DNA of 64,000 nucleotides from Flavobacteriales bacterium (GCA_016703105.1 JADJCS010000004.1:487-64486); one strand, 5' to 3'. Positions 11,401 through 20,678 are shown, counted from the stretch's first letter. A program made the numbers and translations. The notes: a model not told the origin generated them from the letters alone.

Positions 11401-11880
11401 AAGAAAGGGGAGAAGCCCGGCCAACAGAACCCCGGCGGGAATACACCCGGCATGAGCCAACAGCTTGCCCAGCTCGCCGCCCAGCAGGCCGCCATCCGCA
11501 AGGAAATGCAGCGTATGGCCCAGGACATGAACAAGGACGGCAGCGGCGCCGGCAACGGGCTGAACAAGCTGGCCGAGCAGATGGAGAAGCAGGAGAAGGA
11601 TATCGTGAACAAAAACATCACCCCGGAGACCCTCAAACGCCAGCAGGACATCATGGTGCGCCTGCTGGAGGCGGAAAAGGCCGATCGCGAGCGGGAGCTC
11701 GACCAGAAGCGCACCAGCAACGAGGGGCGCGATAAACCCGCCGAGGATCCCGCCCGCTTCTTCGAGTACCAGCAGCGCAAAGCCCGCGAAGCGGAACTGT
11801 TGCGCACGGTGCCCGCCGGGCTCAAGCCTTACTACCGCGATCGCGTGAACGACTATTTCGGTACTTTTGACCGACCCTGA
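8482..11880 (+). CDS. Large membrane-anchored coiled-coil protein that resembles the Bacteroidota DUF4175 family.
   Basis: 1132-aa intact ORF. It has N-terminal transmembrane helices (LLILAYLVAAGL, LLAAAAVLVRFIAIPLF, PLLLLLLLLVAAPSL). The middle is about 500 aa of Glu/Gln/Lys-rich coiled coil. The gene ends in TGA. Confidence 0.75.
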   Translation: MRSDHDLLISKLDAFTRKYYKDQLLRGALYSVGLLILAYLVAAGLEYVGRFGSGVRTGLFYGYLLAAAAVLVRFIAIPLFKLFRLGKVISHAEAARIIGDHFSEVKDKLLNTLQLRDQSAVDPRHRELIEASIAQRSRELGPVPFAAAIDLRRNTKYLRYALPPLLLLLLLLVAAPSLITGPTQRLIRHGNEFVPEAPFRFKVLNAELIVPEQQDFELEVALEGDVVPQLAEVIVDGRAVPLVKEGPAKFRHRFRNVQEAIDFTLSAEGFTSPSYTLEVVPSPALVDVSLTVEPPAYLGLPSETVRNAGDATVPAGSRVTWSIATRSAERLDLIFEDTTFALAPSGSDRFVAVRRFLQGRTYRMVPRHGERVPVDPLNYRIEVVPDLHPTIEIDEQVDSAALKRRYFQGLVGDDHGFTRLQFHYRFIAGGDSVAPEQQEGVRDLSIDRKNTRQEFFHEWDVYDLTINPGDRIEYWFEVWDNDGVNGAKRTRSATGVFEAPTLDDLAKARSEQSEAIASDLKQGIKEAQDLQRELDKLRRDLLDKKDLDWQDQRKMQDVLDRQKKLQEKIERTSEDLRNSQQQQQEYRQIDERLQEKQQQVQELFENVLSEEMKELYRKVQEMLDKLDKEKLQEQMEEMKMSQEDIEKELDRSLELFKQMEVEQKAEDIADKLEKLGEEQEKLAEDTQENKDPQEDLEQRQDSLNKAFEEVRKEMDELEKKNEELEKPLDLPDTEQKEQEIQDQQQQSSEQLDKKQNQKASENQKKAAEEMKQMGFQMKSSMQSGQQEQQEEDMDALRQLLENIVQLSFDQEEVMDGLAEVTTKDPRFGELGRTQKELRDDAKVIEDSLFALSKRVPQLQSIVNREMNAVNGHMDEALSHIGEARGNERHKGMAADDQQRAMTALNNLALLLDEALQQMQQQSASQKPGSGSCNKPGGSGSGQGKKPSMAKMKAQQEGLQKQLDAMKKAMEEGKKKGEKPGQQNPGGNTPGMSQQLAQLAAQQAAIRKEMQRMAQDMNKDGSGAGNGLNKLAEQMEKQEKDIVNKNITPETLKRQQDIMVRLLEAEKADRERELDQKRTSNEGRDKPAEDPARFFEYQQRKAREAELLRTVPAGLKPYYRDRVNDYFGTFDRP

Positions 11881-11888
11881 AAAGGCCG

Positions 11889-12326
11889 ATGACAGCGCTT
11901 ACCGAGGACGTCCAGTTCACCGAGCGGATCGATTTCGCCAGCAAGGCGGAGAACATCGCGCTGGTCGAGAAGTTGATCGATGACGTGTGCGGCCGCCTGA
12001 GCGTACACGAATCGCACTACGGCAATATCCTCATCGCCCTTACCGAGGCGGTGAACAATGCCATCCACCACGGCAACCGCCAGGACCCCTCCAAGCAGGT
12101 GACCGTGGGCTACCAGGTGGTGGGCGACCAGGTGCTCTTCATCGTAAAGGACCAGGGGCCGGGCTTCGACCACGACCACCTGCCCGATCCCACCGATCCG
12201 CAGAACATCGAAAAGCCGCACGGCCGCGGCGTGTTCCTGATGCGCGCGCTCGCCGACGATATCTCCTTCCGCGACAACGGCGCCACGGTGACCATGGCCT
12301 TCAGCCTCGCGGCTGTCAAGGAGTGA
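11889..12326 (+). CDS. Anti-sigma regulatory factor-like serine kinase (HATPase_c_2, RsbW/SpoIIAB-like).
   Basis: ILIALTEAVNNAIHHGN...VKDQGPGFD...GRGVFLMRALADDISF. It lies 9 nt after the previous gene and overlaps ybeY by 1 nt. Confidence 0.8.
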   Translation: MTALTEDVQFTERIDFASKAENIALVEKLIDDVCGRLSVHESHYGNILIALTEAVNNAIHHGNRQDPSKQVTVGYQVVGDQVLFIVKDQGPGFDHDHLPDPTDPQNIEKPHGRGVFLMRALADDISFRDNGATVTMAFSLAAVKE

Positions 12327-12754
12327 TGGCACTGCCGGAGCGCATCGCCTTCGTCGTACAGAACGTTCCCAATGCCTTTCGCGACCGCACCGCATTGCGG
12401 AAGTGGGTGCATAGCGTGGCCTACGGCCATGGCTCACGCATTGATGCGGTAGCCTTTGTGCTCATGGACGATAAGGCGCTCCTGCACTACAACCGCACCT
12501 TCCTCCAGCACGACGACTTCACCGACGTGATCACCTTCCCGGTGGAAAGCAGCAACGGTGTGGCCGGTGATGTGCTCATGAGCTACGACCGCATCCGGGA
12601 GAACGCCGCCACCTTCGGCGTAAGCGCACAGCACGAACTGCACCGTGTTATGGTACACGGCCTGCTGCACCTGCTGGGGCACAGCGACAAGACCAAGGCG
12701 AAGCGGGATGCGATGCGCGGGCTGGAGGACCGCTGGCTGAAAGAGCTGCGCTGA
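12326..12754 (+). CDS. ybeY: rRNA maturation endoribonuclease YbeY.
   Basis: HRVMVHGLLHLLGHSD histidine triad. AGGAG 4 nt upstream of the ATG. Confidence 0.9.
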   Translation: MALPERIAFVVQNVPNAFRDRTALRKWVHSVAYGHGSRIDAVAFVLMDDKALLHYNRTFLQHDDFTDVITFPVESSNGVAGDVLMSYDRIRENAATFGVSAQHELHRVMVHGLLHLLGHSDKTKAKRDAMRGLEDRWLKELR

Positions 12755-12776
12755 TCCTCATTCCCCACGCATACGC

Positions 12777-12970
12777 GAGGGCCCCGTGTCTTCGAGGGCC
12801 CGAAGCGATCTCTCCCCATCGCGTTCGCGAGCGTCCTCCCGGAGCGATGGCGGCGCGAGCGCCGGGAACCATCGCATCCGGGATCGGCGCGAAGCGATCC
12901 CATTGTATCCGCGTAGGCTCACTACCCTCCACGCACCACCCCAAGCACTGATCAAAGATCGCTTCGGCCG
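12777..12970. repeat. Copy A of an intergenic repeat of about 150 bp with terminal inverted repeats (cgaagcgatc...gatcgcttcg). It carries a 45-bp internal insertion relative to copy B.
   Basis: About 85% identical to 14160..14306: gtcttcgagggcccgaagcgatctc...cgcgttcgcgagcgtcc...cggcgcgaagcgatccc.ttgtatccgcgta.gctca...ccctccacgca...aagatcgcttcgg. Confidence 0.8.
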
Positions 12971-13070
12971 TCCCTTCCGGCTCTGCCGTCAGGGCCGAGC
13001 CTCTCGAAGGCGGGTTTGGGGAACGTTCTCCCCATTCTCCCGTAGGAAGGCGCCCTCCCTGACCCGGCCC

Positions 13071-14129
13071 ATGCACCTGCTCCTATCGTTCCGTTCTGTT
13101 GTGTTCCACGCGATCCTGACCATCGCGTTGCTCGCCTGCGGAGGATCCGTCCTGCGCGCGCAAACCATGACGAACGCCGGTTTCGAGAGCGGCACCGGCG
13201 GTTGGAACACCTGCCCGTTGGAGATCAACCCCGCTTCTGTCTATGGCGGGGTTGGGAGTAACCTGGTGGCCGAGGTGGATGGGGACAACGACCCGAACAG
13301 CACGGCCGATGACAAGCTCCTGTGCCAGCCCATCAGCGGCTTTACCGTCGGCGCGGTCTATATGCTCGGCTTCGATGCCGCAAGGCGGCAGGGCGGGCCT
13401 ACGCCCACCACGGTCTCGGTGAACGTACACATGGACAATGTGCTGCTCGGGGTGGTCACGCGCACGGGCACCTGGAGCCTGCTCCGTGAGGAGCTCCAAT
13501 TCACCGCTACGGCCACTACGCACAACCTGCGCATCACCCCCAATTTCACCGTGTCCTACGGCATGCTGTTCGACAATTTCGCCATCACCCTGGTGAGCGG
13601 CCTGCCCGTGGAACTGCTCCGTTTCGATGCACGGCCCGAAGGGGATGCCGTGCGGTTGGAATGGGCCACGGCGAGCGAGACCAATAGCGACCATTTCCAA
13701 GTGGAACGCAGCCCGGACGCATTGACCTGGACACCCATCGCCTCGGTGCCTGCGGCGGGCCACAGCCTCACCGAACTGAATTATTCCGTGTACGATACCA
13801 AGCCGCTGGCAGGTGCCTCCTACTACCGCCTGAACCAGGTGGACCGCGATGGGACCGAGAACATCTCCGACACGAGAGCCGTGTCCCGCACCGGCGGAAC
13901 GAGCGCGTTGGCCCTCTGGCCCAATCCCGCCACTGATGTGGCCGAGGTTTGGGTCGGCGACGGGAATACCGACGTGCAGCTACTGAACCAGCTTGGCCAG
14001 GTGATGCCTGTGCCCATGGAACGGACGGGTGCGACCCTGCGCTTGCAACTGGCGGCGCTACCTAGCGGGCCTTATTTGGTGCGCATGGCCGGTGGCAGTG
14101 CGGCAGTGGCCCACTTGCTCAAGCAATAG
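13071..14129 (+). CDS. Secreted protein with a signal peptide and a T9SS C-terminal sorting domain. The mature part is unassigned.
   Basis: Signal peptide MHLLLSFRSVVFHAILTIALLACGGSVLRAQ. The C-terminus ...LALWPNPATDVAEVWV...GPYLVRMAGG... is a T9SS C-terminal domain. The gene ends in TAG. Confidence 0.8.
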   Translation: MHLLLSFRSVVFHAILTIALLACGGSVLRAQTMTNAGFESGTGGWNTCPLEINPASVYGGVGSNLVAEVDGDNDPNSTADDKLLCQPISGFTVGAVYMLGFDAARRQGGPTPTTVSVNVHMDNVLLGVVTRTGTWSLLREELQFTATATTHNLRITPNFTVSYGMLFDNFAITLVSGLPVELLRFDARPEGDAVRLEWATASETNSDHFQVERSPDALTWTPIASVPAAGHSLTELNYSVYDTKPLAGASYYRLNQVDRDGTENISDTRAVSRTGGTSALALWPNPATDVAEVWVGDGNTDVQLLNQLGQVMPVPMERTGATLRLQLAALPSGPYLVRMAGGSAAVAHLLKQ

Positions 14130-14159
14130 CGGCTGAGCTCCCCTCTCACCCGTCATCTC

Positions 14160-14306
14160 GAGGGTCCCGAGTCTTCGAGGGCCCGAAGCGATCTCCCCCA
14201 CCGCGTTCGCGAGCGTCCGCTTCGGCGCGAAGCGATCCCCTTGTATCCGCGTAAGCTCAGTGCCCTCCACGCACACCTCCCCTGCACGAATTAAAGATCG
14301 CTTCGG
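14160..14306. repeat. Copy B of the intergenic inverted-repeat element.
   Basis: See copy A. It lies in the 500-bp leader upstream of 14632. Confidence 0.8.
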
Positions 14307-14631
14307 ACAGATCGTCGCGATGACGTGTTTGGGGTTGTCGGGGATCCTCGCGCGCCGTCGCCGTAGCCAGCTGTGGCGGCGTGCGACCCCCAACCCCTCC
14401 CTATGCACAGCGATCGAGAGATCGATCGCAGAACGGGAGTTAATGCGGTCACTCCACCACCCCCATGCTCGGTCCACCGCGGTCGATGACCTTATCCGTT
14501 CCGCGCTATTCCCCCGAATTGGGGAGTGCATGCTGATGCACGATCCTTTCTCTTTGAGGTGGAGGAATTCGACAGCGTTCGCGCATTGAACAGCCCCACG
14601 ATAGCAGGATCCCCAAACCCGAGCCCCCCTG

Positions 14632-16035
14632 ATGCGCACATTGATCAGCACCAGCCTTGCACTTGCGATCGGGGCCGCCTACGGGCAGCCCGGCGCGATC
14701 GATCCCAGCTTCGACCCCGGTGCGGGTGTGGATGGCAGCTCTGTAAAGGACATGGCCCTGCAACCCGACGGCAAGATCCTGATCGCAGGATGGTTCGATG
14801 AGTACGATGGGGTGATACAACGGAACCTGGCACGGATCAATAGCGACGGCAGTTTGGATACGGGGTTCGATCTTGGTCTCCTTGCGAACTACGTGGACCT
14901 CATCGCGCTGCGACCGGATGGGAAGATCGTTTGCACGGGGCCGTTCGGGGATGGCATGGCACGGCTCAACAGCGATGGCAGCATGGACCCGAGTTTCGAC
15001 TGTGGTACGGGTGCCAACTACTCCATCTATGCCCTAACCCTGCAACCCGATGGCAAGATCTTGATCGGGGGGAATTTCACCAGCTACAATGGCACGGCCA
15101 GGGTCGGGATCGCACGGCTCAATAGCGATGGCGATCTGGACACCAGCTTCGATCCCGGTGCGGGTGCGCCGAACGGCCAGTTCGGCCAGTACGGTGGGGT
15201 GAGCAGCATCACTGTTCAAGCCGATGGGAAGATCTTGATCGGCGGGAGTTTCATCGAATACGACGGAACGGCGCGGATCCGCGTCGCGCGGCTCCATAGC
15301 GACGGCAGCTTGGACACCAGCTTCGACCCTGGTGCCGGCGCGGAGGACGCTGTGGGCAGCATAGCACTACAACCGGACGGGAAGATCGTGATCGCGGGGA
15401 GTTTCACCACCTACAACGGAACGTCGCGGATCCGCATCGCGCGCATCAACAGTGATGGCAGCTTGGACACCAGCTTCGATCCCGGCGCCGGCGCGGATGA
15501 AGGCATCTATACGCTGGCCCTTCAAACCGATGGGAAAGTGGTGGTGGGCGGGATCTTCGAGCAGTTCGACGGGGAGGATCGGGACCGGATCGCACGGCTC
15601 AACGCGGATGGCAGCTTGGACAGCAGCTTCGATCCCGGCTCGGGTGTTTCCGATCAATACTCCAAGGTGTACATACTCGCTCTCCAGCCCGATGGCAAGA
15701 TCTTGATCGGAGGGATCTTCGATGGCTATGACGGAACGCCACGGAGCCACATCGCGCGGATCATTGGGGGGGGTGGTATCGGCATTGGTGAGGTACCACC
15801 ACGCACTAACCTCCACGTCGCACCCAACCCGGTTGTGAGTTCGATACAACTCATTGGTATGGAAGGGGCCTATCCGTGGATCATAACCGATACCCAGGGA
15901 CGCCTGTTGCTGCATGGCACGATCGGAGTTGGCGCGGAGCAAGTGATCGATGCTTCCTCCTTGGCCGCAGGAAACTACGTGCTGGTGGTGTCCCAGGGGG
16001 ATGCGCGGCGTACGGTGGGCTTCAACAAGTTGTGA
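14632..16035 (+). CDS. Delta-60 repeat protein with a T9SS C-terminal sorting domain.
   Basis: About ten repeats of roughly 48 aa of the form (L/I)ARLNSDGSLDTSFDPGAG...V..IA.QPDGKI.IGG.F..YDG. The C-terminus LHVAPNPVVSSIQL...GNYVLVV is a T9SS C-terminal domain. Confidence 0.85.
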   Translation: MRTLISTSLALAIGAAYGQPGAIDPSFDPGAGVDGSSVKDMALQPDGKILIAGWFDEYDGVIQRNLARINSDGSLDTGFDLGLLANYVDLIALRPDGKIVCTGPFGDGMARLNSDGSMDPSFDCGTGANYSIYALTLQPDGKILIGGNFTSYNGTARVGIARLNSDGDLDTSFDPGAGAPNGQFGQYGGVSSITVQADGKILIGGSFIEYDGTARIRVARLHSDGSLDTSFDPGAGAEDAVGSIALQPDGKIVIAGSFTTYNGTSRIRIARINSDGSLDTSFDPGAGADEGIYTLALQTDGKVVVGGIFEQFDGEDRDRIARLNADGSLDSSFDPGSGVSDQYSKVYILALQPDGKILIGGIFDGYDGTPRSHIARIIGGGGIGIGEVPPRTNLHVAPNPVVSSIQLIGMEGAYPWIITDTQGRLLLHGTIGVGAEQVIDASSLAAGNYVLVVSQGDARRTVGFNKL

Positions 16036-16118
16036 GGCCCCCTCCAATGGGAGTGACCGTACCAACGCCGAACGGCCAACACTAGGTTGGCCTTTAGGCT
16101 ATCCGGAAATAAGCGCGA

Positions 16119-16724
16119 TCACTTCGCCAAGCGCAGCCGCACCCCGGCGGAAATGTGGTAGAAGTTCACCTTCGGGTTGGTGCCGAACTTGTCGCCTTCG
16201 AACACATTGCTCATGGCCAGATCATACCCGGCGCGTACAAAGACAAAGCTCACGGAAGCCTCGCCGGCGAAGCCGATGTACCATTGTGCGGTGCGCGTGC
16301 TCACGGACAGTTGATCCTGGTCGAGGTCCGCGCTCAGGCCGATCAAGGCGCTGGGGCCTCCCATCAGGCTCACGTTGAAGACGGGGTCGTTCGCCGGGTC
16401 CATCAGGTTCACGCCCACCATGATCGGCACGCGTAGACTTTGCGAGGTGTACCGGAATTCCTGCGCCGGAACGTCCAACGCGGTGGCATAGGTGTAATTG
16501 AGGTTACGCACCAGGAAGTGCAGGCCGGGTTGAACGAACAGCCGCTTGCCGAGCTTTACGTCCGCGCCGAACTGGTAGCCGCCACGGCCCACCCAGGCCT
16601 CATCTCCCCGTTGTTGCACGTTCGAGCCGTTGTATCCGCCGGAGAACAGCACCTCTTGTGCATGCACCGGTGCCGCACCGAGCACTGCCGTGCCGAGGAT
16701 GAATAGGGAGAGGAAGGTTTTCAT
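16119..16724 (-). CDS. Outer-membrane beta-barrel protein of the OmpW/porin-like PF13568 type.
   Basis: Signal peptide MKTFLSLFILGTAVLGAAPVHAQ. Alternating amphipathic strands. The C-terminus is ...FYHISAGVRLRLAK. Confidence 0.8.
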   Translation of the reverse strand: MKTFLSLFILGTAVLGAAPVHAQEVLFSGGYNGSNVQQRGDEAWVGRGGYQFGADVKLGKRLFVQPGLHFLVRNLNYTYATALDVPAQEFRYTSQSLRVPIMVGVNLMDPANDPVFNVSLMGGPSALIGLSADLDQDQLSVSTRTAQWYIGFAGEASVSFVFVRAGYDLAMSNVFEGDKFGTNPKVNFYHISAGVRLRLAK

Positions 16725-17093
16725 GCTTTGCACGCCGAAGCCTCGGCGGTGGTATTGGTTTTCGATCTGGTTCGAACCCTCCTTGGCAAACTGTACGCCG
16801 CAGTACACGGCCCCATGGACCTTTGTGGAGGCCAACGTTCGCGATGGCTCTGCGAGCGGACTCTCCGATAGGTTCACGTAGCGGCCAACGCTTCGTTCCG
16901 CAAGGCCCCTGCCCAAGGCCGACCGGGGAAAGTGCGCCACGGATCGTGGTGCTATGTCCCGATCGGCCTGCAACGTGCCACCCCGGTGAACCTGCTGTAC
17001 CGCACCACGGGCGCGAGAAAAGTGGCCACGGACATGCACCTGATGTGTTGGTCCCATTCTTGACCTCCTGGTGCCACAACCAACCACAGAACC

Positions 17094-17471
17094 ATGAACA
17101 ACAACACTGGCAAAACCGCACTGGCACTCCTTACCGGCCTGGCCGCTGGAGCCGCTCTGGGAATTCTCTTCGCGCCCCGCTCGGGCAAGGAGACACGCGC
17201 CGCGATCCGATCGAAGGGCGAGGATATGAAGGAGGATCTGGATGAGCGTATCGAACAGGCCCGCAAGGAATGGAGCAAAGCCAAAGGCAAAATGGCCGAT
17301 GCCGCTTCCATGACGAAGGATGAGGTGAGTGAGCTGATCCACCACCTGTTCAACAAAGGCAAGCAGACCGCTACCCGCGTGAAAGAGGAGGTGAGCACCG
17401 CCGCCAACGAGATGGCCGATAAGGCCAAGCGCACTGCTGAGGAGCAGCAGCGCACGGCCCGTTCCAACTGA
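17094..17471 (+). CDS. YtxH domain protein.
   Basis: ALALLTGLAAGAALGILFAPRSGKETR, followed by a KE-rich helical tail. Confidence 0.85.
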   Translation: MNNNTGKTALALLTGLAAGAALGILFAPRSGKETRAAIRSKGEDMKEDLDERIEQARKEWSKAKGKMADAASMTKDEVSELIHHLFNKGKQTATRVKEEVSTAANEMADKAKRTAEEQQRTARSN

Positions 17472-17489
17472 TCGCACCACCAGGCCCCC

Positions 17490-17852
17490 ATGGAAGCCCC
17501 TACCCAACCTGATCTCAGCGATCTGCTGAACGAGGTGAGCGCGGACGCCAAGCAATTCTGGCACGCTCAACGCGACTATACCATTCTGGTCGCGAGCGAA
17601 AAAGTCGCCAAGGTCGGGCGCTCCATGGTGGGCGGCGTGATGGCCCTCGCTCTTGTGAGCATCACGGTGCTGATGTTGAGCCTGGCGGCCGCCTACCGCA
17701 TTGGTGAATTGTTGGAGAGTATAGCGCTCGGGTTCCTCTGTGTCGGCGGTGCCTATCTGGTCCTACTGGCGCTGTTCTTCCTCCTGTGGAAGACCTTGCT
17801 GGGGGACAAAGTTCAACTTGGTTTGATCAACGCGCTCCATGACAACGACTGA
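17490..17852 (+). CDS. Small membrane protein of the phage-holin-family type. This is the usual partner of YtxH.
   Basis: Two transmembrane helices. It lies 18 nt after the ytxH-like gene. Confidence 0.7.
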   Translation: MEAPTQPDLSDLLNEVSADAKQFWHAQRDYTILVASEKVAKVGRSMVGGVMALALVSITVLMLSLAAAYRIGELLESIALGFLCVGGAYLVLLALFFLLWKTLLGDKVQLGLINALHDND

Positions 17853-18282
17853 TCGCTTCTCCAGCATGGATGAGGTGCGTGCCCTGCGGGGCCAGCTGAA
17901 GATCGTGCGGGATGCGCGCCTGGCGGACCTCGCCACCCATTGGCGTAACATCCAGGATAAAGACTTCCGGCGGGCCTTGCTGATGGACGGCGTGCGGGAT
18001 CTGTTCCGCAAAGAGAACGGCTCTCCGGGAGCGTTGGGCTATGTTGTAGAAGGCCTGAAGCTCGCCAGCGGTTGGTTGCCCGTGGTGGGTCCATTGCTCG
18101 GTCGGCACAAAGGTCTGTTCGGAAGCCGGCTGTTCTGGAGCGGCATGGGCCTGGCCCTTCCGCTCTTGGCGGACAAAGGGCCCAAGGGCGCCCTGAACGC
18201 CGTGTGGGATGCCGCACAAAACGGGCTGCGCGCGGTGAAGGGTCTCTTCCACCAGAACGGTGTGAGCAACGAACTTGAATGA
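17839..18282 (+). CDS. Hypothetical protein, third gene of the YtxH cluster.
   Basis: 147-aa ORF that overlaps its neighbours by 14 nt and 4 nt. Confidence 0.6.
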   Translation: MTTTDRFSSMDEVRALRGQLKIVRDARLADLATHWRNIQDKDFRRALLMDGVRDLFRKENGSPGALGYVVEGLKLASGWLPVVGPLLGRHKGLFGSRLFWSGMGLALPLLADKGPKGALNAVWDAAQNGLRAVKGLFHQNGVSNELE

Positions 18283-19469
18283 GCACGCCGCACCTGGCAC
18301 CGGGTGCCGCTCCGGAGGCGCGTAGCGCTCCATCCGCCGCATCCCATAAGAAGCGCCGCCTGTGGCGGATCGTGCTGGTCGTGCTCGGTGTGCTCCTCCT
18401 GGTGCGCATCGCGCTACCCTATGTGCTTTTGCATTTCGCCAATCAACGTCTCGCCGCATTACCAACCTACCAGGGCCACATCGCCGATCTCGACCTGGCG
18501 CTCATCCGCGGCGCGTACAGGATCGAGTCCTTCTATTTGGACAAGAAGGACAGCCTCACACAGGCGCGCACTCCGTTCATGTCCGCGGAGGTGATCGACC
18601 TCTCGGTGGAATGGCGCGCATTGTTCGAGGGCGAACTGGTGGGCGAACTGGTGATCGAACATCCTGAACTGCGCTTCACTAAAGATGCCGCCGAACCGGC
18701 CGCAGTGCAGAAGGACACCGCCGATCTGCGTTCACTGCTCAACGACTTCATGCCCCTTAGCGTGAACCGCGTGGAGATCAACAACGGCGTGATCCGTTAC
18801 AAGGATGGGGGTTCGTCCCCTCCCGTGGATGTGCAGGTGGACGCGATCGAAGCACTTGCCTTCAACCTGATCAACACCGCCGACTCCACCACGCTGCTTC
18901 CCGCCTCCATTAAGGCCACCGCTCAGGTGTACGGTGGCGATCTGAAATTTACCATGGGTCTGGATCCTCTGGCCAAGACCACGCTCTTCGACATGAACGT
19001 GGAACTGGTGCATACGGATCTTACCCGCATCAACGACCTTTTCAAAGCGTACGGGAACTTCGATGTCAACAAGGGCACCTTCGGTCTCTATGCCGAGATG
19101 GCCACACGCGATGGCGCTTTCGATGGCTATGTGAAGCCGGTGATCAAGGACCTGGACGTGCTCGGCAAGGACGACCGGGAGGATAACCTGTTCCGCAAAC
19201 TCTGGGAGGGTATCGTGGGCACCGCAGGGGCGTTGCTCACCAACCCGAAGAAGGATCAAGTGGCCACCAAGGTCACGTTCAAAGGAAGGCTCGACGACCC
19301 GAAAGTGGGCACTTGGAGCGCTATCGCCAAGGTGGTCTCCAATGCCTTCATAGAAGCACTGCCACCCGCATTGGATCACGAGATCGACATCGCGACCGTA
19401 GGGGAGGAGGGACCCGACGAAAAGAAAGGACTTCTGCAACGCGTGTTCGGCAAGAAGGACAAGAAGTAA
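18279..19469 (+). CDS. DUF748 domain membrane protein.
   Basis: N-terminal transmembrane helix. HIADLDLALIRGAYRIESFYLDKKDS...VIEHPELRFTKD is the typical DUF748 pattern. Confidence 0.75.
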   Translation: MSTPHLAPGAAPEARSAPSAASHKKRRLWRIVLVVLGVLLLVRIALPYVLLHFANQRLAALPTYQGHIADLDLALIRGAYRIESFYLDKKDSLTQARTPFMSAEVIDLSVEWRALFEGELVGELVIEHPELRFTKDAAEPAAVQKDTADLRSLLNDFMPLSVNRVEINNGVIRYKDGGSSPPVDVQVDAIEALAFNLINTADSTTLLPASIKATAQVYGGDLKFTMGLDPLAKTTLFDMNVELVHTDLTRINDLFKAYGNFDVNKGTFGLYAEMATRDGAFDGYVKPVIKDLDVLGKDDREDNLFRKLWEGIVGTAGALLTNPKKDQVATKVTFKGRLDDPKVGTWSAIAKVVSNAFIEALPPALDHEIDIATVGEEGPDEKKGLLQRVFGKKDKK

Positions 19470-19486
19470 TACCGTTCCGCAATACA

Positions 19487-19518
19487 AAAGCGCCCAAAGA
19501 TGCGCTGCTATTTTTTTC
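19487..19518 (+). terminator. Putative intrinsic terminator between convergent genes.
   Basis: aaagcgcccaaagatgcgct stem-loop followed by ctattttttt. Confidence 0.4.
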
Positions 19519-19673
19519 GCAGGACGATACGAGGGCGTCGTTGCGTATCGGGGACTACGGACGACGAGCCCGGAGAACACATGCGGAACAAGGGTCTTCG
19601 TCCCGACTTGTCGGGGAGCAAGTAGACCGGATGAATTTGTATGGCGGATCGGTATAAGTTCCCAGCACCCGGC

Positions 19674-20678
19674 TCAAGCGCCGTCTTCAGGCATCGCAGT
19701 GCTATCCACCTTCTCCTTCTTCGTGGCGAGCTCGATCTCCTGGCCCTTCTCCACGATCACTTCGTGCTGCATCACCCGCACCGCGTTCGCGCCGGGGGTG
19801 ATCGGTCGTCCATGGGTCTCGGCCCATACGTACACGAACTCCGCACCCAGGAAGAAGATCTGCGAGCTGTAGAATGTCCACAGCAAGAGGGAGATCAATC
19901 CTGCCGCTGCCCCGAACATGGAGGCGGGATCGGACGCGCTGAAGTAGAGCGCGATCACATACTTGCCCAAACTGAACAGTACGGTGGTGAACAAGGCACC
20001 GGGCCATACATCCCGCCATGCCACGCGGGCATCCGGCAGATACTTGAACAGGCTGGCGAACACTGCCGTGGAGATCACCACGGACAAGGCGATGGAAAGG
20101 CCGCCGAGCAACACGATGCTCAGCTCCGGGAACGCTCGTTCTATGTTGTCCGAAAAGCCGGCCACCACCGCATTGATCGCGAAACTCACCACCATGAGAA
20201 AGCCCAGCCCCAACACGAAAGAGAAGGACAACAGGCGACCCACGATGAAACCCACAACGGAGTTGCGCGGCTTCGGCTTGATCTCCCACATGCGGTTGAG
20301 CGAGCTCTTCAGCGCACCGAACACGCCCGATGCGCCAAGTATCAGTGTGATCACCCCCAGCACGGTGGCCAGCCAACCGTGACCGCTTTTGTAGGCATTG
20401 CCAAGAATATCCTCCAAAGCCCGCGCGGTATCCGGCCCCACCAGCCCTTGAAGCTCGGCGAACACTTGGCCACGGACCGCGTCGGGACCCGCGATCACAC
20501 CGGACACGGAGATCACCACCACCAGCAGTGGCACAATGGAGAAGATGGTGTAGTAGGCCAGCGCTGCGCCGAGCTCGAAGGTGTTATCATGCGCGTAGGC
20601 CCGGAACATCGCCTTGGTGAAGTTCCATACACTCACCGCTCGGTGCTTTAGTGTCTTCATGTGCGCCGAAGCCTTCAA
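19674..20678 (-). CDS. YihY/BrkB family inner-membrane protein.
   Basis: The motif AAALAYYTIFSIVPLLVVVISV and six transmembrane helices. Confidence 0.85.
   Translation of the reverse strand: MKASAHMKTLKHRAVSVWNFTKAMFRAYAHDNTFELGAALAYYTIFSIVPLLVVVISVSGVIAGPDAVRGQVFAELQGLVGPDTARALEDILGNAYKSGHGWLATVLGVITLILGASGVFGALKSSLNRMWEIKPKPRNSVVGFIVGRLLSFSFVLGLGFLMVVSFAINAVVAGFSDNIERAFPELSIVLLGGLSIALSVVISTAVFASLFKYLPDARVAWRDVWPGALFTTVLFSLGKYVIALYFSASDPASMFGAAAGLISLLLWTFYSSQIFFLGAEFVYVWAETHGRPITPGANAVRVMQHEVIVEKGQEIELATKKEKVDSTAMPEDGA

Noticed and set aside
14058-14651. 197-aa ORF on the minus strand
   Set aside because: It overlaps the intergenic inverted-repeat element and the start of the delta-60 gene. 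It is Arg-rich and spurious.
16761-16790. tRNA T-loop-like ggttcgaaccc
   Set aside because: The flanking sequence cannot form an acceptor stem or T-stem, so there is no tRNA.
19641-20651. 336-aa His/Arg-rich ORF on the plus strand
   Set aside because: It is antisense to the YihY/BrkB gene.
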